64,000 bases of DNA from Dehalococcoidia bacterium (GTDB taxonomy: Bacteria > Chloroflexota > Dehalococcoidia > Bin125), in NCBI GenBank assembly GCA_965211635.1, contig OZ242948.1, positions 28,645-92,644 on the forward strand, read 5' to 3'. The position numbers and the translations under genes were made by a program. The notes below the pieces were generated by a model. That model saw only the letters and a program-made list of their open reading frames with translations. It was not told the DNA's origin and searched no databases. Shown one piece after another: positions 29,660 through 38,705 of the stretch. How positions within the stretch are numbered: position 1 is the first letter of the stretch; each line of letters opens with the position of its first letter.

Positions 29660-30150
29660 CTCTCGGCCCGCCTGGGCTGCGGCGGAGCAGTGCCGGAAAG
29701 CTGGGCTGATTGGAGTCCCGTTCAAAAGCGGACGCTTCGCTGATGCCGATCTTTTCCATGACGATGAAGCCTGCGCGGTCCGTGAGACTCCAGCGCCGAC
29801 CCTCGCGAGCTGCAAACTGTCGCGCTCATATGCGGGACTGCGTAAGCTTCTGCCGAGCCAAGTTCATTCACTCGTTCGCCTAAAGCTCAGCAAGCATCTC
29901 GCTGACCATCCGGCGATCTCAAACTCCGGTGCTCGCCGTGTGGCTGAGCACCTCCATGAAGAACATCTGCATCGGCACGACAAGCGGCTGTGCTCGCAGG
30001 GTCACGAGCAGAGCATGATGGTTCGTCAACCCGCTCATCAACAAGCGCTATCCAACAGCCCGCGTCAACCGATTGGGCCCGCGCCAAACCCGCTCCTCCT
30101 CCTCGCTGGGATGCCCGCTGAGGAAGCGAAGAGTCGCCGGATACTGAACA
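29660..30150 (-). pseudogene. decayed PIN-domain (VapC-like) gene remnant
   Basis: Four colinear minus-strand fragments in different frames, separated by stops. They read ..ATLRFLSGHPSEEEERVW.., ..ALLVTLRAQPLVVPMQMFFMEVLS.. and ..ARQFAAREGRRWSLTDRAGFIVMEKIGISEASAFERD... The last resembles the sLtDa.sFavMe+lGi.eA.aFDrdF C-terminus of VapC toxins. Confidence 0.35.
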
Positions 30151-30179
30151 GCTTGGGGTTGCGTGATAGGATTCTCGGT

Positions 30180-30300
30180 GAGCTGGTGATTGGAGCGCGG
30201 TGGCACCACCCGTTCCCATCCCGAACACGGAAGTGAAACGCCGCAGCGCCGACGATACTGGGGGGGCAACCCCTTGCGGAAAATAGGCCATTGCCAGCTC
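30180..30300 (+). rRNA. rrf: 5S ribosomal RNA
   Basis: The 11-bp helix I pairs gagctggtgat with attgccagctc. The conserved core is CCACCCGTTCCCATCCCGAACACGGAAGTGAAACGCCGCAGCGCCGA(C)GATACT. Length is 121 nt. Confidence 0.9.
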
Positions 30301-30315
30301 GCTCCGTTCAAACCG

Positions 30316-30349
30316 ACCGCCCGACGCATCCGCAGGTGCGTCGGGCGGT
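30316..30349 (+). terminator. intrinsic-terminator-like hairpin after the 5S rRNA
   Basis: accgcccgacgca-tccgcagg-tgcgtcgggcggt is a perfect 13-bp stem, followed by tctgctctgt. Confidence 0.7.
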
Positions 30350-30518
30350 TCTGCTCTGTAGGCCGTGTCGCTCCGCTGCTCGCTGGAGGGAGCTCGTGCG
30401 TAGCAGCTTGCCCCGCGCGTTCTGCGGGAGATGAAGCGGATCGTCGCTGCGTCGGACTCCCTCTGTCACTCCGTGACATCTCCCCTGCTTCGCGGGGGAG
30501 AGGAGAGAGGCGCCGGCT

Positions 30519-32048
30519 GTGGTACGATTCGGCAAACCCCAGAAAGGAGAGGGGGCGGCCACTGACGCAGATAGCGACGCCCAGACCGACCCCCAAACCA
30601 CCAAACCGTTGACGACTTCCAGCACAGACATCGAACCGACGACCGCCGAGACCGATGCGCCCGCATCGGGAGCGGGGGACTCGCCACCCACTCCTTCCGC
30701 TACCAGCGAACCAACCACGATGGACGAGCTCCTGGCCGAACCCGGCCGCGAGCCGCTCAACCCCAGACGCGGTGACGTTGTCGAGGGCATCGTCGTGCAC
30801 TGGTCCGGCTCGGCCTTGATCGTCGATGTCGGCGCCAAGTCTGAGGGCGTTGTGCACATGGAGGAGATGCGCTCGCTCACCGATACCGAGCGCGATGCCC
30901 TGAAGACTGGCGACGCCGTCCACGTGTTCGTAACTGACTCGGAGTCGGAGGGCGGCTCGCTGGAGCTGTCAATCGACCGCGCCCGCGGCGAGCAGGGCTG
31001 GCACGAGTTGCAGCGTCGCTTCGACGAGAACGAGGTCTTTGACGCCCGCGTGACCGGCTCGAACAAGGGTGGGTTGCTGGTCAACGTCGAGGGCGTCAAC
31101 GCGTTTGTGCCACTCTCGCAGATTGTCGAGATCACCGGTGACCGGGACCAGGCGATCGCGCAGTTGACCGAGTACGAAGGTCGCTCGCTGCGATTCAAGG
31201 TGATCGAGATTAATCGCCGCCGCAACCGCGTCATCCTCTCCGAGCGCGCCGCCGTCCAGGAATGGCGGGCCGAGCAGAAGGATCGTCTGCTCGAGGAACT
31301 GCAGGAGGGCGAGATTCGCACAGGACGGATCACCAGCATCCGCTCGTTCGGCATCTTCGTCGATCTGGGCGGTGCCGACGGCCTGGCGCACCTCTCTGAG
31401 TTGAGCTGGGAGCGGGATGTCGACCCGGAGTCGATGTTCAGCATCGGCCAGACGATCGACGTGTACATCACCAAGATCGACAAGGAATCGAAGAAGATCG
31501 GCCTCTCCGTGCGGCGGGCGTCGCCCGAGCAATGGGACGAGGTCGTGGCAAAGTTCGAGGTCGGCGACATCGTGCCGTCGGTCGTCACGAAGCTTGTCAC
31601 GTTCGGCGCATTCGCGCGCCTGGAAGGCCCGGTTGAGGGTCTGGTTCACGTCTCTGAACTGGCCGACCGGCGGATTACGCATCCACGCGAGGTGGTGCTG
31701 GAGAACGACATCATCCCGGCAAAGATTGTGCGAATCGAGCGAGACCGGCATCGATTGGGTCTGTCGTTGCGACAGGCTCGGTCCGACGCCGAACGGGCCG
31801 GCTGGATGTTCAACCAGGACGGCGGAGTTCTGCGCTTGCCAGACGAAGTGGCTGAGCGATTCAACATCACCCAGGAACCGCTGCCCGAGCGCCCGCCGGA
31901 GGCCGAGCCGCAGGAAGAGCCGTCGCGCGGCGCCGACGAGACTGCGCAGCAAGAGCCGGTCCAGGAACCAGTGCGAGCGATCTCCGCCATGCAAGAGGCG
32001 CTCGAACGGGCCGGCGTCACAGAGCAGGACTTCGGCGGCAATCGATAG
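30519..32048 (+). CDS. rpsA: 30S ribosomal protein S1
   Basis: Four S1 domains, for example GDVVEGIVVHWSGSALIVDVGAKSEGVVHMEEM, GRITSIRSFGIFVDLGGADGLAHLSEL and VVTKLVTFGAFARLEGPVEGLVHVSEL. The start is uncertain: GTG 30519 follows a GGAGAGGAGAGAGG run, and ATG 30720 would remove a 67-aa Thr/Pro/Asp-rich extension. Confidence 0.9.
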   Translation: MVRFGKPQKGEGAATDADSDAQTDPQTTKPLTTSSTDIEPTTAETDAPASGAGDSPPTPSATSEPTTMDELLAEPGREPLNPRRGDVVEGIVVHWSGSALIVDVGAKSEGVVHMEEMRSLTDTERDALKTGDAVHVFVTDSESEGGSLELSIDRARGEQGWHELQRRFDENEVFDARVTGSNKGGLLVNVEGVNAFVPLSQIVEITGDRDQAIAQLTEYEGRSLRFKVIEINRRRNRVILSERAAVQEWRAEQKDRLLEELQEGEIRTGRITSIRSFGIFVDLGGADGLAHLSELSWERDVDPESMFSIGQTIDVYITKIDKESKKIGLSVRRASPEQWDEVVAKFEVGDIVPSVVTKLVTFGAFARLEGPVEGLVHVSELADRRITHPREVVLENDIIPAKIVRIERDRHRLGLSLRQARSDAERAGWMFNQDGGVLRLPDEVAERFNITQEPLPERPPEAEPQEEPSRGADETAQQEPVQEPVRAISAMQEALERAGVTEQDFGGNR

Positions 32049-32285
32049 CGCCTGACTCTCATGCCCCTGCTCATCACTGCTCAATCCCCGCGTTGCGCGG
32101 GGGCGAGCTTGCCATCGGCCGCTGATCTCGGCCGGTGGCGCCCACGGCCAGGACGCGAACTCTGAACGGCTCTACGCGTTGAGTGGGGACTGGATAACTT
32201 CGAGTTCGAACGCCCTCGCCTCTGATAGGCTTGGATTGTCGGCGAGCGGCTGACGCACAACCGCGACGCGCACGGGAGTACTGCC

Positions 32286-34886
32286 ATGGCAGACCGATTT
32301 GACAAGTTCACTGAACGCGCTCGCCGCGTATTGACTCTTGCTCAGGAAGAGGCTCAACGCTTCAACCACAACTACATCGGCACCGAGCACCTGCTGCTTG
32401 GTCTGGTGCGAGAGGGCGACGGCGTTGCCGCCAAGGTGCTCTCCAATCTGGGCGTCGAGTTGGGCAAAGTGCGCTCGGCGGTCGAGTTCATCATCGGTCG
32501 CGGCGACCGCGCCGTGCTCGGTGAGATCGGTCTGACTCCACGAGCCAAGAAGGTCATCGAACTGGCGGTCGACGAGGCGCGCCGGCTCAATCATCACTAC
32601 ATCGGCACCGAGCACTTGCTGCTCGGCCTGGTCCGCGAGGGCGAGGGCATTGCGGCCGGCGTGCTGGAATCGCTCGGCGTGAACCTGGAACGCGTGCGAG
32701 CCGAGACCACGCGGATCCTCTCGCAGAGCGGTCCGGCGACCGCCGGCGCTGGAGCGGGCGCGAGCAGCGGCTCGGGCTCTCGCTCGGCGACGCGCACGCC
32801 GACTATCGATCAACTTGGCTTCGATCTCACGGCCGCGGCGCGAGCGGGAACGCTTGACCCGGTGATCGGCCGCTCGAAGGAGATCCAGCGCGTAGTGCAG
32901 ATTCTGTCGCGACGCACGAAGAACAACCCTGTGTTGATCGGGGAGCCGGGTGTGGGCAAGACGGCGGTTGTTGAGGGCCTGGCGCAGCACATCGCCTCGG
33001 GCGATGTCCCGGAGACGCTGCAGGGCAAGCGGTTGCTAACGCTGGACATCGGTTCGTTGGTCGCAGGGACAAAGTACCGCGGCGAGTTCGAGGAGCGGCT
33101 CAAGAAAGTTGTGGAAGAGATCAAGGGCGCGGGCAACTGCGTGCTGTTCATCGACGAGCTGCACATGCTGGTCGGCGCCGGCGCGGCTGAGGGAGCGGTC
33201 GATGCGGCCAACATCCTCAAGCCATCGCTGGCGCGAGGCGAGCTACAAACGATAGGCGCGACCACGCTCGACGACTACCGCAAGCACATCGAGCGAGACG
33301 CTGCGCTTGAACGCCGATTCCAGCCGATCGTCGTGGAAGAGCCATCGGTCGAAGAGACCGTCGACATTCTGCGCGGAATCAAGGACCGCTACGAGGAGCA
33401 TCACAAGCTGGTGATCACGGACGACGCGCTGGTCGCTGCAGCCGAGATGTCGGCGCGCTACATCTCCGACCGTGCGTTGCCGGACAAAGCGATCGACCTG
33501 ATCGATGAGTCGGCCTCGCGGGTACGGATCCGACGCTCGTACACGCCGCCTTCGCTGAAAGAGGCCACGGTCGGGCTGGAAGGCATTCGCAAGGAGAAGG
33601 AACAGGCGATCAACCAGCAGCAATACGAGTACGCGGCCGACCTGCGCGACCGCGAGTTGAAGCTGACGCAGCGGATCGCCGAGCTTGAGCAAGACCTCGA
33701 TCAACAGCGTGAACGCGACTCGTCGGACGTGCTGGCGGAGGACATTGCCGAGGTCGTATCGATGTGGACGGGGATTCCCCTGGTTCAGATTGCGACCGAG
33801 GAGTCCGAACGCTTGCTGCGCATGGAAGAGGACCTGCACGAGCGCATCGTGGGTCAGGAAGAGCCGATTGTCGCGCTGGCCAAGGCCGTGCGCCGGGCTC
33901 GAGCCGGGCTCAAGGATCCGCGCCGACCGATCGGCGTGTTCATGTTCCTCGGGCCGACCGGCGTCGGCAAGACGGAACTCGCCCGAGCGCTCGCCGACTT
34001 CATGTTCGGTTCGGACGACAACATGGTCCGCCTGGACATGTCGGAGTTCATGGAGCGGCATACGGTTGCGCGACTGGTTGGCGCGCCTCCCGGCTACGTC
34101 GGCTATGACGACGGCGGTCAGCTCACCGACACGGTGCGGCGCAAGTCGTACTGCCTGATCCTGCTCGACGAGATCGAGAAGGCGCACCCCGAAGTCTTCA
34201 ACATGCTGCTGCAGGTCTTCGACGACGGTCACCTGACCGACGCCAAGGGCCGCCAGGTCGACTTCCGCAACACGATCATCATCATGACCTCCAATGTTGG
34301 CTCGGATCTGATCCGCCGCGAATCGGCGATCGGCTTCTCGACGGTCAACGATGAGGAGCAGTCGGAGAAGCAGCGCTACGAGAAGATGAAGGACAAGGTC
34401 CTCCAGGAGATGAAGCGCGTCTTCCGCCCGGAGTTCCTCAACCGCGTCGACACGACACTCGTCTTCCACCCGTTGAGCCGGGCGCACATCCGCAGCATCG
34501 TCGACATGATGCTGAATGAGGTCGACTCGCGGATCAAGGAGAAGCAGGTCGAGCTCGATGTGACCGAGGCGGCGCGAGACTGGCTGGGCGAAAAGGGCTA
34601 CGATCCGGTCTTTGGCGCGCGGCCGCTGCGTCGCGTGATCCAGGAGCGGCTCGAGGACTCGCTCTCCGAGGCGCTGCTGCGCGGCGACTTCGAGGCCGGC
34701 GACACGATTCGCGTCGACCTGGTCAAGGAACTCAACGAAAACGGCGTTGAGGAAGAGATGCTCCACTACCAGCGGATCGAGGGCCTCTCACGCGCCGAAG
34801 AGCTCGCCGCCGAAGTCGAAGCGGCCAAGAGCGAGGCGGAGTCCGAGGAAGAAGAGGAAGAGGGCGAAGCGGTCGCTACTTCCTAA
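32286..34886 (+). CDS. clpC: ATP-dependent Clp protease ATP-binding subunit ClpC
   Basis: 866 aa. It has two Clp_N repeats ([37 protein letters not shown]), two AAA+ modules ([20 protein letters not shown]) and a UVR-like linker. Confidence 0.93.
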   Translation: MADRFDKFTERARRVLTLAQEEAQRFNHNYIGTEHLLLGLVREGDGVAAKVLSNLGVELGKVRSAVEFIIGRGDRAVLGEIGLTPRAKKVIELAVDEARRLNHHYIGTEHLLLGLVREGEGIAAGVLESLGVNLERVRAETTRILSQSGPATAGAGAGASSGSGSRSATRTPTIDQLGFDLTAAARAGTLDPVIGRSKEIQRVVQILSRRTKNNPVLIGEPGVGKTAVVEGLAQHIASGDVPETLQGKRLLTLDIGSLVAGTKYRGEFEERLKKVVEEIKGAGNCVLFIDELHMLVGAGAAEGAVDAANILKPSLARGELQTIGATTLDDYRKHIERDAALERRFQPIVVEEPSVEETVDILRGIKDRYEEHHKLVITDDALVAAAEMSARYISDRALPDKAIDLIDESASRVRIRRSYTPPSLKEATVGLEGIRKEKEQAINQQQYEYAADLRDRELKLTQRIAELEQDLDQQRERDSSDVLAEDIAEVVSMWTGIPLVQIATEESERLLRMEEDLHERIVGQEEPIVALAKAVRRARAGLKDPRRPIGVFMFLGPTGVGKTELARALADFMFGSDDNMVRLDMSEFMERHTVARLVGAPPGYVGYDDGGQLTDTVRRKSYCLILLDEIEKAHPEVFNMLLQVFDDGHLTDAKGRQVDFRNTIIIMTSNVGSDLIRRESAIGFSTVNDEEQSEKQRYEKMKDKVLQEMKRVFRPEFLNRVDTTLVFHPLSRAHIRSIVDMMLNEVDSRIKEKQVELDVTEAARDWLGEKGYDPVFGARPLRRVIQERLEDSLSEALLRGDFEAGDTIRVDLVKELNENGVEEEMLHYQRIEGLSRAEELAAEVEAAKSEAESEEEEEEGEAVATS

Positions 34887-35036
34887 TCCTCCGGCAATCG
34901 CAGGAGACAGCAAGCGCCCCCTCAGCGCTGAGTGCGCCGCTCTGAATGGCTGCGCCTCTCTCCCCGTAGATTCTCTTGGCTTGTGAGCAGTCCACACGTG
35001 CGCTCTGCGGGAGAGAACTGCAGCGACAGCAACTGT

Positions 35037-36986
35037 TCATCTTCTTCGCAACCGTGCTGTCGCAGCAACGGCGATCATGCCAGCGGAGATGAGCAGCCAC
35101 TCTAGCGCGATTATGCCTGTGTCGCGGTCATCGGAACTCCTGGAGCTGCTCAGACCACCGGTTCCGGTAGTGGGAAATCCTGGATCCCCACCTGCTTCCA
35201 GCTTTGCCTCCGACCAGGTTCCTTGCAGGGTGGTGGGTTTCCCACCAACGTGCAGATTCAGAAACTGGTTGTCTCCCCAACAGATGACGTTGCCGGCTGG
35301 GCGTAGTCCACAACCGTATCCGCCGCCCATACTGATCTGGGTGAAGTGCCCAGGTGGCGCCTGCTCGCTACCAAGCCCCATTGAACCCCAGCACACGACC
35401 ACTCTGTCGGTTCGTAGGCCGCAGTTGCCATTCCAACGTGCATCAACTTGAATGAACTGTCCAGATGGAGCCTCATTTTGCCCGTACCTATTACTCCCCC
35501 AGCAACGCAGCGTCAGGTCAAGCAAGATTCCGCAGCCGTGAAAGAGACCGATGTCGAATTGAATGAAGCGCTCGTCCGGTTCTGGTGGAATGTACTCTTG
35601 TTCGCCCCAGCAGGCGATGTTGCCATCTCGTAGCAATCCGCAGCGAGATCCGATACCTCCTCCCCACATGGCATGTGTGGCGATCTGGGCGAATGGCCCC
35701 TCTTGGGTATCGATGACGTTGTCTCGGTTACGGATCCAGCAAACGGCTGAGCCATCCGTACGCAACGCGCAGTTGTTGGAGAAGTGGACGCTCACCTGCC
35801 TGAACGATCCCTGGGGAGCGTAAGTCGGAGCATCGGTGCCGCTGCCCCAACACTGAATGCTGTCATCTTCTCGCAACCCGCATCCCTTTTGCCATCCCAA
35901 ACTCAGCCGGCTGAGGTTCTGCTCAGGTGGCATGGTGCTTCCGTCTTGATCGGTGCCCCAGCAATGAATCTCACCATCAACTGCCAGAGCGCAAGCGTGG
36001 GTCGAACCCGCGCTGACCTCGATGAATCGTCCGTTGGGCGGCTCTATGGGTGGGGGATCTCCGGCAACCCAACAACTCACCGTGCCGAGTTCATGCAAGA
36101 GGCAACCGCCCCCAACACGCACTTCTACGGCGATGTACTGGTCGGGAGGCAGCGCAGGGAATCTGGCCGACCAACCACCCCAGCATTCCACGCTGCCATT
36201 CGGACGCAGTCCGCAGCTCTCTCCCGACGCCGCGCTGATATGCACGAACGATCCGTCAGGCGCAACGCTCTCGCCCCAGCGATTCTCGCCCTTGCAGAAT
36301 GCAGTGCCATCAAGGCGTAACCCGCAGATGTGACCACTGCCAACACTAATCTGGGCAAACCGGCCACCCGGGGCTTCGAACGTCCAGGTCGGTAGCCGCT
36401 CCCAACACTCAACCGCTCCTGAGACTCGCAGGCCGCAACCAAACTCTTCGCTAACGCTCACCTGCCGAAAGCGGCCTGACGGCACGTCAACCTCATCTTC
36501 GTCGAGGGCGCCCCAACACGTCAACTCGCCGCTGAGTTGAATTCCGCAAGCGAACGTGTCCGTAATGCTGATCTGGCGAAACTGGGTAGAGTCCGGCCGA
36601 GTGCTCCAGAATGATGTATTGCCCCAGCAGACAATCTCGCCATCCGTTCGCAGTCCACAAGTCACATCTTGACCGGCACTGACTCGAGTAAATCGGCCGG
36701 CGGGCGCCTCCGTAGCGCCGTCACGGTTGCTTCCCCAGCAGATGGCTGCACCATCGATTCCCACACCGCAGGCATGGGTGTACGAGACGCTCAGTTGCGC
36801 CAACTCAATCCCTTCGAGGGTGTGAATCACCCCGCTTCTCAGCAAACGCGGCGTTGGCTCTTCGGCTGCTGCATCACGGCCCTGATGCCATGTGAGAGCG
36901 GCCACAATCGCAATCGACACCAATATCGCCAAAACGAAGCGCTGCTTCGTCGAGCGACCGTTATCCGTATGCCCTACCCGAAGCAT
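35037..36986 (-). CDS. RCC1-repeat (beta-propeller) surface protein with an N-terminal signal/anchor and a C-terminal FPTTG + TM + RLRRR sorting-signal-like tail
   Basis: 649 aa. About 14 repeats end in ..CG(L/I)R.DG...CWG. The N-terminal hydrophobic segment is FVLAILVSIAIVAAL. The C-terminus is GFPTTGTGG...IIALEWLLISAGMIAVAATARLRRR. Confidence 0.85.
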   Translation of the reverse strand: MLRVGHTDNGRSTKQRFVLAILVSIAIVAALTWHQGRDAAAEEPTPRLLRSGVIHTLEGIELAQLSVSYTHACGVGIDGAAICWGSNRDGATEAPAGRFTRVSAGQDVTCGLRTDGEIVCWGNTSFWSTRPDSTQFRQISITDTFACGIQLSGELTCWGALDEDEVDVPSGRFRQVSVSEEFGCGLRVSGAVECWERLPTWTFEAPGGRFAQISVGSGHICGLRLDGTAFCKGENRWGESVAPDGSFVHISAASGESCGLRPNGSVECWGGWSARFPALPPDQYIAVEVRVGGGCLLHELGTVSCWVAGDPPPIEPPNGRFIEVSAGSTHACALAVDGEIHCWGTDQDGSTMPPEQNLSRLSLGWQKGCGLREDDSIQCWGSGTDAPTYAPQGSFRQVSVHFSNNCALRTDGSAVCWIRNRDNVIDTQEGPFAQIATHAMWGGGIGSRCGLLRDGNIACWGEQEYIPPEPDERFIQFDIGLFHGCGILLDLTLRCWGSNRYGQNEAPSGQFIQVDARWNGNCGLRTDRVVVCWGSMGLGSEQAPPGHFTQISMGGGYGCGLRPAGNVICWGDNQFLNLHVGGKPTTLQGTWSEAKLEAGGDPGFPTTGTGGLSSSRSSDDRDTGIIALEWLLISAGMIAVAATARLRRR

Positions 36987-37146
36987 TATGGGCTCCTGCG
37001 GCTCTTGTCTCGTTGGACTGAGGGCATCGCGCCCTTCACCCCAGGAGTGACGCCGACCAATGAGCCATGCACTCCCCTCGACTTAGTACAAGGAGTCGGT
37101 GACTGGTACGGAAGCCGACCTTCTGACTCACAGTATCGGCCGTTGG

Positions 37147-37533
37147 CTACTCGCCGGTCGGTCGTTGCACCAGGACCCAGCCGTTGCCGTCGGGGTCGCG
37201 GAAGAGGGCCTGGTGGCCCCACATCTGCTCGGTGGGCGGTTCCGAGAACTCAACGCCCCTGCTCAACCAGTCCTCGTAGGTGGCCTGGATGTCGTCAGTC
37301 CAGAGGACGTAACCGCTGCTGGAGCCGGGCTGCGCGCCGTCAGGGTCGAAGGCGCCGAAGTTGGCGAGCACGAACTGGACCTCGTCCTCCGGCAGTTTGA
37401 CGGTGATCCAGCGCAACTGGGGACCCATTGGGTCGTCCATGATCTTCTCCATGCCGAGCTTGTCGGTGTACCAGCGCAACGCGGCCTGCTGGTCGGAGAC
37501 CTGGATCGGGACGATGGACAGTCGGACGGACAT
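37147..37533 (-). CDS. VOC family protein (glyoxalase/bleomycin-resistance fold)
   Basis: 128 aa. Contains VPIQVSDQQAALRWYTDKLGME and LFRDPDGNGWVLVQ. Confidence 0.8.
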   Translation of the reverse strand: MSVRLSIVPIQVSDQQAALRWYTDKLGMEKIMDDPMGPQLRWITVKLPEDEVQFVLANFGAFDPDGAQPGSSSGYVLWTDDIQATYEDWLSRGVEFSEPPTEQMWGHQALFRDPDGNGWVLVQRPTGE

Positions 37534-37574
37534 ATGAATCGCTTTCAGACTCGGCAGGCTGGTAGAGCGCCCGC

Positions 37575-38696
37575 CTATGGCGTTGGATTTCGGCGAGCGT
37601 CGTCCTGCCAGGCGAGGACGCTCTGCAGCAAGCCCAGGCCGACAAAGAATATCAACAGCGACGAGTTTCCTGTGCTGATGAAAGGCAAAGGCAGTCCGGT
37701 CACAGGAATCAGGCGAATGTTGATCGCAACATTGATGAAGACCTGGATCGCTATCACTGTGATCAATCCGACGGCTAGCAGTTGGCCCAAGGGTTCGCCA
37801 GCTTTGGCAATCACGCGCAGCATGCGCAAGAGCAGCAACAGGAAGAGCAGGAAGAGGGCCATAGCGCCAATGAAGCCGAGCTCCTCACTGAGCACGCTGA
37901 AAATGAAGTCGGTGGTCTGAATGCGGACAAAGTCGAGCTGGGTCTGCGTTCCCTGGGTCAGCCCTTGGCCCCAGAGTCCACCCGATCCGACGGAGGTTTC
38001 AGCCTGGATTACGTTGAATCCTGCGCCCTGGGGGTCGGACTCCGGATCGATGAAGGCTCGGATGCGGTCTCGCTGATAATCCTGTACGCCGGCGGCGAGT
38101 CCGACGGGTACGAGGCAGAGGCCGATCGCCGCGAGGATGGCGTAGTGGCGAAGGCGCGCGCCTGCGAAGAGCGTCATCACTAACCAGAGCGCCAGGAAGA
38201 CGACGGCTGAGCCGGCGTCCGGCTCGATGAACACGAGTGCAGCGGGTAGGACCGCCACGCCGAGTGAGAGCAGGAACACCCGAAACTCCTGGAGGCGGTC
38301 GCGATAGTCGGTCAGGAACTTGCCCAGGCCAATGATCGTCATCAGTTTGCCGATCTCGGAAGCCTGGACGACGGTGAAACCGAGGTCAAACCAACGCCTC
38401 GATCCGAACTCGTCGGAACCGAAGAACAGGACCGCGATCAGTACGAGGATGCCAAAGCCGTAAGCGAGCCAGCCGAGTGCGTCGATCAGCCGGTAGTCGA
38501 GGCGCGTCAACGCGACCATCGCGAGCGCTCCGACGAGCGCGAAGATGATATGCCGCTGGACAGCGCTCGAGAGCACGATGCCTTCGGAACCGCGCGGAAG
38601 CGAGGCGGAGTAGATCACCAGCGCGCCGTAACCGGACAGGGCAAGAGCAGCCAGCAGGATCAGTGGGTCAAAGTGACGCCAGGAGTGTCCGGTCAT
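37575..38696 (-). CDS. rodA: rod shape-determining protein RodA (SEDS family)
   Basis: 373 aa and polytopic. Contains SEIGKLM...DFIFSVLSEELGFIG...PVTGLPLPFISTGNSSL. It is the last gene of the mre operon. Confidence 0.9.
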   Translation of the reverse strand: MTGHSWRHFDPLILLAALALSGYGALVIYSASLPRGSEGIVLSSAVQRHIIFALVGALAMVALTRLDYRLIDALGWLAYGFGILVLIAVLFFGSDEFGSRRWFDLGFTVVQASEIGKLMTIIGLGKFLTDYRDRLQEFRVFLLSLGVAVLPAALVFIEPDAGSAVVFLALWLVMTLFAGARLRHYAILAAIGLCLVPVGLAAGVQDYQRDRIRAFIDPESDPQGAGFNVIQAETSVGSGGLWGQGLTQGTQTQLDFVRIQTTDFIFSVLSEELGFIGAMALFLLFLLLLLRMLRVIAKAGEPLGQLLAVGLITVIAIQVFINVAINIRLIPVTGLPLPFISTGNSSLLIFFVGLGLLQSVLAWQDDARRNPTP

Positions 38697-38705
38697 TGGC
38701 CGACC

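Noticed and set aside
30150-30179. A possible relic of the 23S 3' end just upstream of the 5S (gcGTGATAGGattc against E. coli GTTGATAGGCCGG).
   Set aside because: The similarity is only about 8 nt, which is far too short to support a 23S remnant.
32049-32285. CtsR or CIRCE heat-shock operators upstream of clpC.
   Set aside because: Neither GGTCAAA direct repeats nor the TTAGCACTC-N9-GAGTGCTAA inverted repeat is present.
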